Both the position numbers and the translations under genes were made by a program. Below, piece by piece: positions 38,518-53,169 of a stretch of 64,000 bases of DNA. The first letter of the stretch is position 1. Every line of letters begins with the position of its first letter. Source of the DNA: Octopus sinensis (lineage: Eukaryota); assembly GCF_006345805.1 (NCBI RefSeq), contig NC_042997.1, positions 65,224,001-65,288,000 on the forward strand, given 5' to 3'. A model generated the notes under the pieces. That model did not search any database and had not been told where the DNA came from. It worked only from the letters and a program-made list of their open reading frames with translations.

Positions 38518-40659
38518 AATATGCTCTCCCCTAAAATTTCAGGGAATGTGCCTGTAGTAGAAAGGATTATTAAAGAATATATGTTCCAAGGAATCTCTAT
38601 TAATTTCTTTTGCTGTTTGTGATGCATATTTAACCGACATGTTACACGGGGTTGATCCTGGATATAAATGATATGGTTGTGGGTGGCGGACAAGCAGCCA
38701 TATTTTGTGCATGAAGAAAGTGTAGTTGCTAAGTAATTGGAAATAACTGGAAATTCTACAACAGACAGTGGAAAGGTTGAAAGGTGCTATTGTTATAAAG
38801 TTCGGTATAGAAAATGCGCCATTGCTACTCTGAAGAAAAGAAACACAAATAAAACACTAAAATTATGTTAGACAAACATCAAATTATGAGAATAAACCGA
38901 AAACAGACTTCCAGATATAAAAAAAAATCAATTAATTACACGGAAACAAAACTTTATTGAATACAAAAAACAGCTAAGAAGCTTATCGTAGACACATTAG
39001 ATTAATGCTGAAAGATTATTGCGTAACCACACAATGAAACATATACAAACATTACTGCAATTTCAGGTATAGGGTATTAGTCGATTACATCGACCCCAGC
39101 ACTTGATTGATACTTATTTTATCCATCACAAAAGGTTAAAAGGGAAAAAAAATCGATCTGGAGGTAGAATTGGATACCATTGGGAACTTAAAGAAGATTA
39201 GAAATATTTTTTTATAATCGCCAACCACACGAATAAGGTAAGCTCTAGCATCACAGGTATATCTATATTGATATTTCAAGGGGAGGGAACTTATACTCTG
39301 CATTTTATCCTACACTTATGACATTTACTAATAAAAATATGTTTACAAATAAAAGAAAGTCCCCTTAGGACACTACGTTGACAGACAGAAAGGATCACTA
39401 TTTAGCACCTATTCAACAATAAACTACAATTGTATGCTGCTAATTATATCCGTTTTCAGAATTTGAGTACCGTTAAGCAGTTGAATATTGGCATTAAGAT
39501 GTCCTTGTAACTTCAGAAATTCAATGTGGTAGTCCGAAGAGAACACGAGTTTTCGATCGATATATATATATGACAGAGAGAGGGGGAGTGAGTGAGAGAG
39601 AGTGAGGGAGTTTCAAGTCTAAGATAAGATTTAGGATTTCAAAAAGGTGAAAATACAGAAGCTCGACACTTGTGTTTCCTATGGATACATGATTGTAGAT
39701 GAGATTACAGTGGCCTATTAAGCACAAAGAACAATGTAACAAAATGGTTATATCAATCCTTTCCTCTTAATCAACAGAGAGCTTGCTATAAGTTTTGGTG
39801 ATCGGGAAAGAAAAGCAACAGATTACACAGGCAGTGCCATAATACAAAAAGTTAGCCAGGCATCGAACAAGCAAACTCTAAATCTCAAGTAACAATATAA
39901 ATAGAAATACTACTAGGTGATTCAGCAGTGGTGAAAGAATATAAAACATGCTTTTTATTGGCAGGTTTTCGCTAAGTGGAATTCTCATGTGTGCTTTTTT
40001 TCATTTTTTTTTACTGTAAGCTTTTTATTATATCAACATCATTAAACGAAATATTTTCTTATTCGTTTACTTTTCGCAAAATAGAGAAATGAGCCCTGAG
40101 ATGGAGTGGCTACTGCAGGCAATACCATCATGGTCATTTCCGCGGGGCGCGGCTGAGCATACAGTTTGCTCTGGAGTATGTGGCCAATCAGCTCCTTTCC
40201 CTCCATCTTCCGCCGCCTTACCCCCATTTTTCTTTTCCTTTCCTTTCTTATCTCTCCTTTTTCTTGCTCCTGGATTGTATACCTGTATTTAAGTGTTATA
40301 ATTGACGAATAGCTTTCTGTGTTGTGTCCTTTTATTTATAATTATATCTTTTGTGGATCAACGAATCTTCTCTGTGTAGAGTAACATGTGCAAGGACATT
40401 CAAAATAGAAAAGTTGACTTTCACCACTAAGATATTCAAAAAACAAAAAAAAAGCATAACCCATATATTATAAGTAAGAAGTATCGCAGTCGTGGTATAT
40501 ATGGTGTATTTTGTGAATGGGTATATCCCGCTGACACAATTATACTCCGAGACACCGTAGCATAGCAAATATACTGTATATATGTCTAGACATCAAACTG
40601 CTTCTTCTTCAAGGAAAAAAACTGTTATTTACGTGAAACTCTACCGTTTTTAAATTTAA

Positions 40660-40912
40660 AAATGAGGACACAGCTTTGCAGAACCGGTAGTCAAGATTAA
40701 AGATGTGTTAGAATATCTTTTCAGCAACACAGTGAGGAGCAAGTGCACAAAATTCCAGAGCTACATTGAGGCTGTGTTGAAACCTGAAGGCGGTTATCTT
40801 GAGTAAACTGTTACCTCCCAGACACAACCTATAGATACTTCGTGATTTTCTGCCTGAGATATTGTTTCCTCTTCTTTCCACAGAAACTGTCAAATTGAAC
40901 CAGAGCACTCTG
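40660..40912 (+). mobile_element. maT-like transposon 3' end
   Basis: CTKFQSYIEAVLKPEGGYLE* C-terminus, then a TIR-like end ..CAGAGCACTCTG|TA. Confidence 0.6.
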
Positions 40913-40919
40913 TATATTA

Positions 40920-40985
<66 letters not shown>

Positions 40986-40986
<1 letters not shown>

Positions 40987-41507
40987 TCAGAATCTACCAA
41001 AGCTCACTAGAGACCCAAAGTTGAACCACATTCTACATACACACAAATTCATCAAATTTAGAAAACAACCCAAAGCACTATAAACTCTACTGACAAATGC
41101 GAAGCTATACCCAACAACAACGAAACCAATAGTTAGGAAATGTGGTATTCCAGATTTTGGAACTTATCCCAACCTACTGGAAGGTACGGAATTCCACTTC
41201 AAACAAGAACAAAGATTTTTAATTATGACCAATTTCACTTGGGCATTCGAAAATTTAAACTATATTCGCCTAACAATGCTGTAACTAAGATGGAGAACTA
41301 CACTGCTTAAAGAGCAGCTCCGTTTCCCAAGGTATTGACAGATACCATTGTGTGAACACATAGAGAAATGTGCAGGAATTCTCCGACCAAACATCACGGT
41401 TTTCCCCATCAACCAGTTTAAGGAAACAATCTCTATACAAGAACGATTAAATAAAGAGAATATATTTATTGAAAAAGTACAAACCGCGCCTCAATATGAA
41501 CGCATAA
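40986..41507 (+). mobile_element. Penelope-like element linker/GIY-YIG fragment (Neptune-like)
   Basis: RKQPKAL*TLLTNAKL..KCGIP..GT.P.L..QIPLCEHIEKC..FP..KENIFIEK.KPRLN, homologous to 45361-46285. Confidence 0.75.
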
Positions 41508-41561
41508 CGAATTTTGGCTTTTATAAATATTTTAATCCATGAACGCGCAACTAACTCTATA

Positions 41562-41680
41562 CATAAGGTCTGACCAATAAGTATCCGAACTATTGACATA
41601 GTAACGAAACTAAAGCCGCTTGGCAAAGATTGACTTTGAATTCTGCTATGCATGCGTAGAATTCACACGGGTCCCATTAG
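41562..41680 (+). mobile_element. Mariner 5' terminal fragment
   Basis: TA|CATAAGGTCTGACCAATAAGTATCCGAAC resembles a mariner TIR. Confidence 0.5.
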
Positions 41681-42123
41681 TATATATAATAATCTGTTTG
41701 CTCGTTCGACTATTATACATTAGAGAGGTGGAGTGAGTGAGAGGTGTAATGTGGGAAAGGTGGAGTAAGAGTGAGAGAGAGGGAGGAGGGAAGTAGAGAA
41801 AAGTGATTAATATTAATAAACTTACTCTTGGGTCTTGAATAATCGTCCCTCCAACCCACTTATTAATTTTTCAGATTTCCCACCACCTCCACTTATTAAT
41901 TTTTCATTTTTTTCCACCAACACCGCTGCTTTTCTTCCGCTTCACGCTTATTAGTTTTAAGATCGCCCCCACACCACTCCCGCTTTTATTACGCCCCGCC
42001 CCCATTATTAAATTTTGCTAATCTCTCTCCGGTGAAATTCTATTGTAAGCTATTCCTATTGATACAACATCTGGAGCATCTAATAATAATATTATTTTAC
42101 GTTAAAAGCATTGTAAATATATA

Positions 42124-42495
42124 GGCGCAGGAGTGGCTGTGTGGTAAGTAGCTTGCTAACCAACCACACGGTTGCGGGTTCAGTCCCACTGCGTGGCATC
42201 TTGGGCAAGTGTCTTCTGCTATAGCCCCGGGCCGACCAATGCCTTGTGAGTGGATTTGGTAGACGGAAACTGAAAGAAGCCTGTCGTATATATGTATATA
42301 TATATGTATGCGTGTGTTTGTGTGTCTGTGTTTGTCCCCCTAGCATTGCTTGACAACCGATGCTGGTGTGTTTAGGTCCCCGTCACTTAGCGGTTCGGCA
42401 AAAAGAGACCGATAGAATAAGTACTAAAAGGTGGTGCTCCAGCATGGCCGCAGTCAAATGACTGAAACAAGTAAAAGAGTAAAAGAGAGAGAGAG
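42124..42495 (+). mobile_element. Young SINE family A copy
   Basis: Intact A and B boxes, no internal TTTT, (GTAAAAGA)n tail, inserted in TATATA. Confidence 0.97.
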
Positions 42496-42814
42496 TATAT
42501 ATATATTTATATATTAACTTTCTAAGAGATTTTACATGTTTCGGTTCTCCTTGAAAAAACATACATTATCAAAAATATTTTTAAAAGTTAAGTGTAATAA
42601 AAAAGTTCATAACTGTTTCTTAAGTGAACTCTGTTGAGTCTAGTAAGAAACAATTACGAACTTTTTTACTACACTTTACTTTCAAAAATATTTTTGATAA
42701 GGTTCGAAACACGTAAAAAATCTCTAAAAAAATTAAAATTTATATATATAACTTATATAGTGGCATTTTCAAACCTCGTTTTTATAAATATATACCCACT
42801 CGTATGCCACCTAC

Positions 42815-42966
<152 letters not shown>

Positions 42967-43559
42967 GATATGATGCATATATGCCATTTGAATATGGCTA
43001 ACCGCTACTATACAAATGGCATATATGCATCACGTTGTGTTACCGCTACTGTTTATAACTCGCTCTGAGATTTATCATTGTTATATATATATATATGACC
43101 AAAAAGTAATTATAAGTATTACAATATGTTCTAAAATAACTAGGCTATACAAACTAAATAACTAATTCTGGTTTAAAAAATAATCAAGGGTAACAGCCTA
43201 GAAAATTTTAAATAATGATTTCTCATTTAAGCACAAATCTAACAACTCGTCGTGGTGGGACAAGTGGATTAGAGCGGTCCAGTACATTACTGGTGCTTTA
43301 TTTTACTGACACCGTAGAATGAAATGTAAAGCTAACTTCAGCAGGATCGAACTCATAATGTAATGAGCCATAAATCTATGCTGCAAGGTACGTTGCCCGA
43401 TGCTTAGGCACAAACCCAGCAATTTAAAGGGAAGGAGAAAGTCTATTAAACTGACTCCCATTACGGGTACAAAACAAAAAAAACTCTGGGGAATTCATTA
43501 ATATTTTGACTGACACAAATTGTGAATCAGCATGACAAAAAAACTTATGTCAGGAATGT

Positions 43560-44930
43560 AAAGAAAACCTGGAGTATTCTATTTGCTTTCATAACGCATG
43601 GAAGAAAAATATTTATCCACAGTTATATAGCCAACATTTTAGGGCATTGATAAACTTCAATCTTAAGAAGATCAATAATTTCGAGACACAACACACCTAC
43701 TTCAGGACACATAGAAAATAAGGAAATTGCTGTCCAAAAATGTGCTTCACAACCAGCCAGAGTTTATAAAAACCTGAGGCAGGATAACTGCCCCAGTCTA
43801 TAGTAGGTCATAAAACCAAAGTACAAGGTGTGAGAGACGCTTTGTTTGAATGGTTTGTGGAAGTAAGAACATCGCTGCATGCAAGATTACTACACACTCT
43901 TTTCCTAGTACAGGCTAAGAAATTTTGTGAGGAATAGATTCGCCAACACCCAGACACACCAACAGGAAAAGCTTAGTTTTTCAAAAAACTGAATGAAAGG
44001 TTGACAAAAAGTGTATGGTTTATCACTTAAATTTCCAAACAAACGCATTTCAATCTCTAAAGAGCAATGTGTTGAGCGCAATCAGGATAATTTGTAGAAC
44101 ATATGGAGTGTGTGCCGTTATTTTCTTGACAAATTTGGCGTAGATCCTCTCATTATCAATGGAGATCAAATGCCCTTGCACCTGAATTCAAGATACGTTC
44201 ACGAAAACCACCATTTGTCTAGAAAATGTATCACAGTGAATGTATTTACCCAGGTTAACGATGATACCAAGACCAATCTTATCCCAGAGTTTGTATTTAA
44301 AGGAACTGGAAAAAGACCACAACTACTGCATGACCTGTCTACAATGAAGTAGGAATGGCCTCTTAAAGTGTCGTATAGATTAGAACAGCTGCTCTGTACT
44401 ATTGAAAACCTTCCAAACCGATTCAATGTTTTCACATGCAAGTTTTGCCATTTATACGCTCGATGATCACGTGGTGCATTTGATGACAGAGGTGAGAGAC
44501 GCCCTCTGGAAAAGGGGTTAGTGCGAGTCATCATCGGCAGTGGTATCACCGGTTTTTTTTTCAAGTTAATGACACGCATTTGCACAAACAAATGAAAGTA
44601 AAATATCGCCAAATAGGGAATGAAAAGATGCTAGAAAAGTTAGTTCAAACTCCGAATCATAATAACCACGTCCAATCGATCCGAAATGCTGCGGATGCTA
44701 CATCAAACACATTCAGATTGCAAGATATATGTTGAAGCTGCTTTCAGGTCGACGTGGGCTACAAACGTTTTCCATGTCTCTGAAGATTATAAGGTGCCAG
44801 ACCGAATCATGCACCTCGTCGGTGTGTTGATACGAGAGTTCCGTCTAGAGATGATGTCAAAAACCCTGCCCAAATACTATTCAGAAAGTCATTAAGCACT
44901 TAACTGTAGCGAGATGGTTAAACCAATGTT
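43560..44930 (+). mobile_element. pogo-like (DD35D, CENP-B/DDE_1) transposase pseudogene
   Basis: VRDALFEWF (HTH), INGDQMPLH, PEFVFKG.G, YTLDDHVVHL, GITG..QVNDTHLH. There are 35 residues between the last two D after correcting two frameshifts. Confidence 0.85.
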
Positions 44931-45360
44931 AACTTTTGCGAACTGCATTCAGACCAATGAGTGTGTGGTAGGCGTCACGGTGTTTTGAACATGTCAAGAG
45001 ACCTGTATTTTGATTCTAGCCAAAGCAGTAATTTCTGGGCTATTTTTAGAAATGTTGTTTACATTTCCCAAGGATATTTACATTTCAATTATCGTTGTTG
45101 TTGTTAGCGGTGTTGCTGGTGTCGGCGATAGAGGTGCTGGTGCTGGTGCTAGTGGTGCTGCTGCCGGTGCTGGTGCTGTTGATGGTAGGCGTAGCTGCGG
45201 TAATGGAAATTTAAACACAAAAGTAAGATTATTTTTACTGACTTTTCTGTTGACTTAGCTAGTATTTTCTTGCTATCGTCATCATGAACACCTTTAGTAT
45301 TCTTGTTGTTGTTAGTGGTAGTGGTCGTAGCCGTATCAATAGTAGTTCTAAATATTAGTA

Positions 45361-46285
45361 TTATTGCTTATTTAGCTTGGGTTGGAATTTATTGATAAAG
45401 TTCTTTTCCCTCATTTTTCTCTCAAGTGAAATTTTACTTGGGTCCTGTAGCTCGTAAAATGGAAATATAAATATTTTCCGACCACATGTTGCTAGATGGT
45501 TACTCAGAGGTATCTGACGGATATCTGGGTCGCTAATTTGCTGTCGGTGCCCACGTGAACGTTCTGATAGTGCATTTCCAGTCTGGCCTACAGATAGTCA
45601 GTCCTTCACAATTCGGCATTTGATGCAGTATATTAAATTTCTACATTTGCAATTCTTATTTGTGTTTTTCTGGTTTTTGTGTTCATCTAATGGCAGGTAT
45701 GTATAAATTGGCATGTGCCACATCGGCTATGATTGCATTTAGATACAGTGAATGATTGGTCTTTGTTGCTTAGGTCAAACTTAGCATTTGTTAATAGTTT
45801 TTTCATGTTTTTAGGCTTTTACTAAGAACTATAGCTCGATCTGCGATTATATCTTTTAATTCATTACTTTGAGCAATGCTTGGTAGGTTTGCTTTGGCAA
45901 TGTTGAAGATACTCTAGCGGCATGGATTGTGCGTCACTATAAGTGGTATCACATGTTCCTGCTTTCCTCTTCTTTGGGTTGTCCTCAGTTGTTATATAAG
46001 TATTTTTAGAGCCCGCTGTTTGCAATTTTCTCTAAGTAGAGACGGATATTTTTGTTTGAGCAAAAATTGTCTTAGTTCTGATAGGCGTCTGTTCCTGATA
46101 TTCACGTCTTCTACAATGGTACAAATTTTTCCGGCTAGGCAGTGTGGGATGTTGCGTTTTGTATGTGTTGGATGGCACGACTTAAAATTCAGGCATTGAT
46201 GTGTGTCCGTGTGTTTATAGTGTATATATCTGGCAATGGAGGTGTCCTTTTTAATTACCATTATACCTAGGAATGGTAATTTGGT
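45361..46285 (-). mobile_element. Penelope-like element (Neptune-type), RT thumb plus GIY-YIG endonuclease, 5'-truncated
   Basis: LPFLG..YKHTDTHQ.LNF.SCHP.HTKRNIP..LA..I..RL.EL..L..QKYP; linker KCNHSRCGTC (Cx4CxxC); LIYCI.C..C..VGQTG..LSER..GHRQQI..IPLS.HL..FINKFQPKLN. Confidence 0.92.
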
Positions 46286-46294
46286 AATATATAT

Positions 46295-46930
46295 ATAATG
46301 ACATGATGGTCGTCCACTCGTTACCGAGGAAGACCATTGCTGATCTTCAGGGACATTGTGGGCTCTCGAACTAACATATTTTGCATTTGCGGCTCCGTTG
46401 GTGGCTAATGTACCATGCTCATGAGAAGCATACATGACTGCAAACATTACAAACTAGGCTTTCCCCATTCACTACACTAGCAATGCGTTTCCGAGCAGCA
46501 TGCTTAAATTTTTCATGCAGAATAGGTACCCTCTCAAAGGTATCGATCCCTCCTTAACCTGCTTCCTCCATCTCTGGCGATGACTGGCATTGTTCTCCAA
46601 TCAGTCTCCTGCATATCACAGGCTTTTAATGAGAACTTGACACTGTCCTTAAATCGCAGCCTTGGTTTCTGCCGGGGTCTCTTTCCATTAACAAGTTCCC
46701 ATAGAGCATCTGTTAAGGGATCTTGATATCCTTCATTCTAATAAGATGTCCAGTCCAACGAAATCGCTGCATATGTACTATCACCTCAATACTCAAGATG
46801 TCAGATGTCCTCAGGATTTGTGTGTCTGGAGTTTTTGAGGTCCAGCCAACATTCAGAATGTCTCAGACAACTTTGATGAAAGCGTTCAAGGACACTCACA
46901 CTGCGTTTGTAAACGGTTCATTTCTCACAT
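46295..46930 (-). mobile_element. RTE-clade LINE 3' fragment with C-terminal zinc finger and 3' UTR
   Basis: LERFHQ..W..LYGEL.NGKR.RQKPRLRFKD..RQRWRKQVKEG..FE..CNVC..C.S..SHQR. Same family as 19995-20490. Confidence 0.9.
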
Positions 46931-46949
46931 ACACACGTACAGGCATACA

Positions 46950-47125
46950 TACATACAATATAGATAGATACATACATACATACATTCATACATACATACA
47001 TTCATACATACATACAATATAGATAGATAGATAGATACATACATACATACATTCATACATACATACATACATACATACATACATACATACATACATACAT
47101 ACATACATACATACATACCTACATA
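46950..47125. repeat. (TACA)n/(GATA)n microsatellite
   Basis: Directly visible. Confidence 0.95.
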
Positions 47126-48715
47126 CATAAACAGACAGATAAATATTGTTGAGGCGAGTGAGAGGAGGAGAAATTGCTAATTGATTAACATTCTCAAGTA
47201 TGGTTTTGCCACTGACGCGTAGTAGAATTGGCGAGAGCAAACTACATGCTAATATATTTCATAGTGAAAACATGCTAGGACATTTATTATTCGAAGAAAA
47301 AGAAGTTGTTCTAGCTTAGCTCGACAGATTGTAAAAGTAATCAATATCTGTCGTGCAAACCATGATGTCGCAATTTTGACTAATAATATAATACTAGCTT
47401 CAGGATTTTGCTTTAGCAGAGTTAGATTTGTAAGTCCGTTATCAGAAAATATGAAGCCAAGCAGTTGTAATGAAATTGTAGACTTATCTATGAAATGCCT
47501 TTATGTAAGTCAGGTACAGTATAAAGTTATTTCATTGAAATATGTAACAAATATATTGAATACCCCTGAGTGTGACGAGATTGTGTTTAACAAGGAATAT
47601 GGAGATAGAGGAGTGATTTTATCGATATATGTGAGTGATTAGAAAATGCAATAAGAATGTAAGTAATGCACGAAGGGCGATCTATGAGAAGCATGGCCAA
47701 ACTATGTGCTGTACAAACGTTTAGCATATGATTTGGAGTTATTTTCACAACACAGGGAACAATAGAATGGAAGGATATGGCATGAGAATTTCTAACTAGT
47801 TGAAAAATAAAGTTCCCAAATTGGTCCCCAGATAGAGAATCACGTCATTTTTAGTCTGGTAAGTTACAAGATCAAATGTCTTGCTAATCTAAGTCTACCT
47901 TATACGTGCCTCAGACTAAGAGGAAGATAGATATATTGTAGGCTATAGAATTCTCCAGGTAATTACAGTCTCAAAATCTTGTGTACAGTTAAGAAAGAAT
48001 AATAAACATCAAGATTTAGTTGGCAGAATCAGAAAACTTTTGTTCATTTCTTTTTGTTATTGGGTTTCTAAACCTAAGGAAAATATATGTAAACGCTTAA
48101 TTATTGCATTGGGTAATAGTAATACAAAGATCACAGTTGAAAATAGTTGAACGTTTGCTTGGTGAGATAAAAGAACATTGTATGGGATCTGAAATTATCT
48201 ATTGCATAATGGGTTCGATAACGTAGAAGTTGTAAATATAGAAGTACTTTGTAGACTGCTTAAAAGATGGAGTAGGAAGAAAAAGAGTAAAATATATGGA
48301 GTTGGAAATAAAAAAAGCTGCAATTCAATAAAATCGTCATGAAAGTGATCCTTCAAGAGCATTTTACTTTGAGAAATTGCCGAGAAAAAAAGATTTGCAA
48401 TTAGTAGAGTTATTCAAAGAATTTGATTAAAAGAAGCGAATATAATTCAATAGCCCAATGAAATAAATTAAATTCATGAATAATTAAATTAATTAATAAT
48501 GCGGAATTGGCAAAAATGAGAGGGAGATTTGGGCAATCTCAAAATAAATATCAGATATCTTTCAATATCAACGAATCCATTAATTAATCATGTCTAAAAT
48601 TCCGCAGTATACGTTTTATATCTGTGTGCAGTTAATACATATACGTACGTTCACGCATTACATACATATATGACATATATATATTTAGGTATGGTTATGT
48701 GTGCGTGAGTACACG

Positions 48716-48766
<51 letters not shown>

Positions 48767-49319
48767 TTATGTATATTCATATATACATATATACATATAC
48801 ATATATACGCATATATATACACATACATACATTCATATACATATATAACTCGATGTGCATGTATATGTATATATACAGACATAAATATGTATATATATAT
48901 ATATATGTATTTATGACATAAAAATGATATATATATATATATATAAATCATTCGCTTTTATGTCATTATTACAAACTTCTGAAAATTTCTATTCGGTAGT
49001 TATCATGAATACCAATATTATATTCATTTTTAGAAACTACCAGTATGATATATCCTGGGATTTTTTAATTGAATATTATAAGAAGTAAGACATCTTATTG
49101 ATAGAAAATAATTAACCTGAAAGAAATTCATGGAATGCATGTTTTCATCGCCGGTCTGCGATTAATTCTTGTTTTTTATATAATTTTCATGTCTTGCCCG
49201 CATATTGTTCTGGTGCCCGCTGAATTTTTCTCTAGAGAACATACTTTTCTTTGTGGTTTGATCGTAGGTGATCTACTTCTAGAATATGGCTGACCACATA
49301 GTGGCTTTTAGCCCTTTAA

Positions 49320-49356
<37 letters not shown>

Positions 49357-49456
49357 TAATCCAAACATGAAGACACAAAGAGAAAACACAACAACGAGAG
49401 GATGTAGAACAAGTATAGTGTTAATGGACCCTCAGGAAAGGAAAGAAAGAAGGAGG

Positions 49457-49491
49457 ACTTAACGTTTCGAGCGGAGCTGTTCGTCAGAAAC
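49457..49491 (-). ncRNA. Degenerate minimal hammerhead ribozyme in a pLTR-type repeat (about 49350-49562)
   Basis: GUUU CUGACGA AC AGC-UCC-GCU C GAAACGUU|AAGU: intact core, palindromic ACGU stem III, C.C mismatch at the base of stem II. Confidence 0.55.
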
Positions 49492-51779
49492 ATAGGAAAT
49501 GGAAAGATCCAAGGAAGGGAAGACGGAGGAAAACAATCGCCAACGATACACACGCGGTCACATATATAGGTGTGTGTATCTGTTATAACTCTTTAGCTCC
49601 GTCCATTCTAATTCGATCAAAACCAGCATAACAAATGATCAAATGCATTTTCTATTGCACGTAAGACTGTGAGGCTAAATCATCCAATATGTCTTTAATC
49701 TACCCTGTACCATAGCATATGATTTGAAATATCTTTGTCTATCAGTTCTGTTACTTTGATTACTCACAGAATACCCTTCATTGATGAGCATATGGCAATT
49801 TTATATATCAAAATATAAATGCATTTCCCCCTCAGGAAATAATCACTTGTGTTTATATAACATAATAGGGTTTCGAAAGATGTCATATAACCCCATCATT
49901 ATAGATTAGTCGAACAAGTCACCATGTGGCGACAATATTGTGAAGTGGAGAACATATGGTCAAAAATAAATAGGGTAAGTTATTTGTCTTGTCTTAACAA
50001 AGACTATTTTTAATTATACTTTGCACTTTATAACATAAGGAAATTAATTTACTTATCGTTTAGAATATCAGCAAACATAATCAATATCTCTTTCGTACCA
50101 CATTTAATGCATCAAATATTAGAATAAAAGAAATATTACTTCAATTTGACGAAACAGTTAAAATCAAACGCACACAGCGATACACAAATAAATGAACATG
50201 TGTGTGCGGGACAGCTAGATTTTGAATACTCACAAATCGATGTCGATATCATTTCTCAAGGGATAAAAATAGCCGTTAGTGCCGACGTTATTCCATGAAT
50301 GTCCTACCGCTTAAGCAACACAATCATCTAAATACGAGGAGTTTAAGCACAGACAACGTTGAGTTCATCAAAAGTGCATTAATATAAATTTCATTAGAAA
50401 ATCTGTATGAGTAGGAAGATGATTACGATTCCCTTGACTATAAAGCTCAAGTCAATATTAAATTCCGGTTGCATAAAAGACAATGGAATAGTATATTTAA
50501 TATAATTCACGACCAGCAGTCTAACTTTATTTCAGGCCATTGTTCATATTGCATCATTACGGATCGCCTGTTTTAAACAAAACATTTTTTTTTCAAATAA
50601 CAGTGAATCGACTAAAAATGAGGGTAAGTCAGGTAAGGTAATGTATGATAGAACGTGTGCTCCATAAACTAAGCGATGACCATGCTTGGAAGTTTTTAAT
50701 AACAGATCTATTTGAATAGATTATACTTGGTTCCAAACAACACCAACAGCAACAAAATCTTATGAAAATATTTGTATATATTTTAGGAACACAAGCACAT
50801 ACATGTTGTTGTGTAGTCCGAGTCAACTCCGATTACACGTATCTACATAGAAGTCTATTACATTCATGGGCATCTCCGATTTTATAGAAATTTCCGACTA
50901 AACCATTTTCCTTTTTGTCTTCTTTTTCAAGATAATAGAGAGTGATTTGATGGCGTTTTGACTGTTATTTTACAGACTTCGGGTACTAACTAACGCATTG
51001 GTCCTCTCATTGGCGTTCTATCAATCAGTAGTTATAATTCTTACCAGTTTAATCCCAAGGGATTTGGGCTAAGCAACAACTTAAACTTACTCATGGATTG
51101 TTTGAAACATTCAACGTATACATTCACGTATAAATGTAATGTATCTAAAGTATTGTGTAAAGTAAATGAATTAGTAGCACAGTGTGTCAATTAGGTAATG
51201 GAACATAAAATGATTTAAAACGTTGTAGTATTGTACAATAAATATGTCATTCTTTATGTTTATTTGATTACTACTTGTATGCGGAAATCTCTAACTTTCA
51301 TAGCTTTCTTGTAGTGTAATGAACCCATTTTGGCGAAAGTAATTAATCGCTGCATCGTTTCATCTTGTCATCGTACGTGCCATTTCGATTACTTTCCTGA
51401 AAGATTTTGGAATATAATTGACAATGCCAGGGAAAGTCTGCAGAGAATGGTGTTTGGAGACATTCCAATTAATAAAGAATATAAGATACAGTGTTGCTAA
51501 GGTATTTATGTACTATGTATATATATATATATTTATATAATATAAAATACAATCTATATATATAATATATATATACACGCATATAAATATACATATACGT
51601 GCATATATATAAGAATATGCAAGTATACATATATATAAATACATGTCTATATATTGTATATATATATATTGTGTGTGTGCGTGTGTGTGTATTTATTTAT
51701 TTGTATATTTTATATGCATATATCTATGTATACTTATATATGTATATATATATATGATGCATGTATACACACACATACT

Positions 51780-51880
51780 CACACATACATACATACATAT
51801 ATATATATACATACATACATACATACATACATACATACATACATACATACATACATACATACATACATACACAAACACAC
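51780..51880. repeat. (TACA)n microsatellite
   Basis: Directly visible. Confidence 0.95.
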
Positions 51881-52849
51881 ATATATAAGAACAAAAAGCA
51901 CCAAACCATAATATATAGAGCACTATATTACTAGGGGAAATACGTAGTATAATATATATGGATATAAGGTATAAGGAATTATAGCCTACCAGCTACACTA
52001 AATAGTTTAAGACTATAAAAATCACTTGAATGTGCTGAGACATTCATTTCCGTTTTATTGAAAAAAAAAATTATAAAAATATATCTTTTTCGTTTCTTAT
52101 AAAGTGCATAAATATTAGAGCTCCAAAATGAGATATACGCTAAGATATTTCAAATGTTAATTGTAGAAATATCAAATGATCTTAATTGAAAGTTTGAAAC
52201 GTAAACACCTGAAGTTAGAAATTTGACACATAAGCAGCCTGGGAAGACAGAGCATATGGGGAATAAATAACATGAACAATAATAAAAAGAAAAATACATT
52301 TTTTAAAAATCGATGACGTACACATGTGTTTATGTGTTATAAGCTCTTAGGAGCTAGAAATGGGAAGGTACTGAATACCTGTTAATAAGAGAAATGCTCA
52401 CAGTGCCTGCAATTCCATAATGTTTCTGAGCTAAGGTCTAAATATAATTATTGCTTACTTACCATTTCTTCTGCTCAGCTAATATCAATTGTTTCATTCA
52501 TGCATGGATTTTCCATTTCACGTCTCAATTGGAACATTTTATAGAGATGAAGTTGTTTTTGCATCATTTTACTGTTGTGGAAGTATGACGAAGATTTTGA
52601 AACACAGGACTATTGGTACCATAATAGAAGAATCTGCTATGTGTGAATTTATTCCTCCATCTCTCTATCTCCAACTCACTTGCTGTACCCCTCTCTCTCT
52701 GCCCCTCCGTCTCCCCGTCCTCTCTTTTTGTGTGCACACACATACACACATATATTTATATATGTTTATCATATACAGATTATATGCATATATGTATGTG
52801 TATTATAATATATGTATGCATATTATGTATATATATATATATATATATT

Positions 52850-52960
52850 ATTTACAAGGCCTGGGATTTTGGGTTAGTGAGGAAGGCGATTATATCGATT
52901 CCAGTAATAAACTGGTACTTATTTCATGCCTGCTGAAAGGACTAAAGGCAAAGTAAACCT
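52850..52960 (-). mobile_element. SINE family B 3' fragment
   Basis: Reverse AATAAGTACCAGTT..CTGGAATCGATATAATCG and tail 2. Confidence 0.65.
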
Positions 52961-53169
52961 TAAATCTTCTTTATCCAGTGGTTTAGATCGTTACCTCATA
53001 AGGAAAAATGCAAGTTCATACAAGCGGACATTGATTAATACTATTGTAGCATTTCACTCATTCTTTTTAACAAGGCCCTCATTTACATTCTTAAACATTC
53101 GGATCTCAATTGGAATGATGCTGAAATAACCCTAACACTCTTTTATACTGTAATTAAATTGATGGAAAA

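Noticed and set aside
42520-42560. GAAACAUGUA palindromic motif on the minus strand
   Set aside because: No CUGANGA-like core or stem II remains.
45080-45200. Gly/Ala-rich ORF (silk- or elastin-like)
   Set aside because: It is a degenerate GGT/GCT trinucleotide repeat without splice signals.
46352-46575. Plus-strand Penelope RT fragment (NRYP-like motif)
   Set aside because: The minus strand reads better as the continuous RTE C-terminus with its zinc finger.
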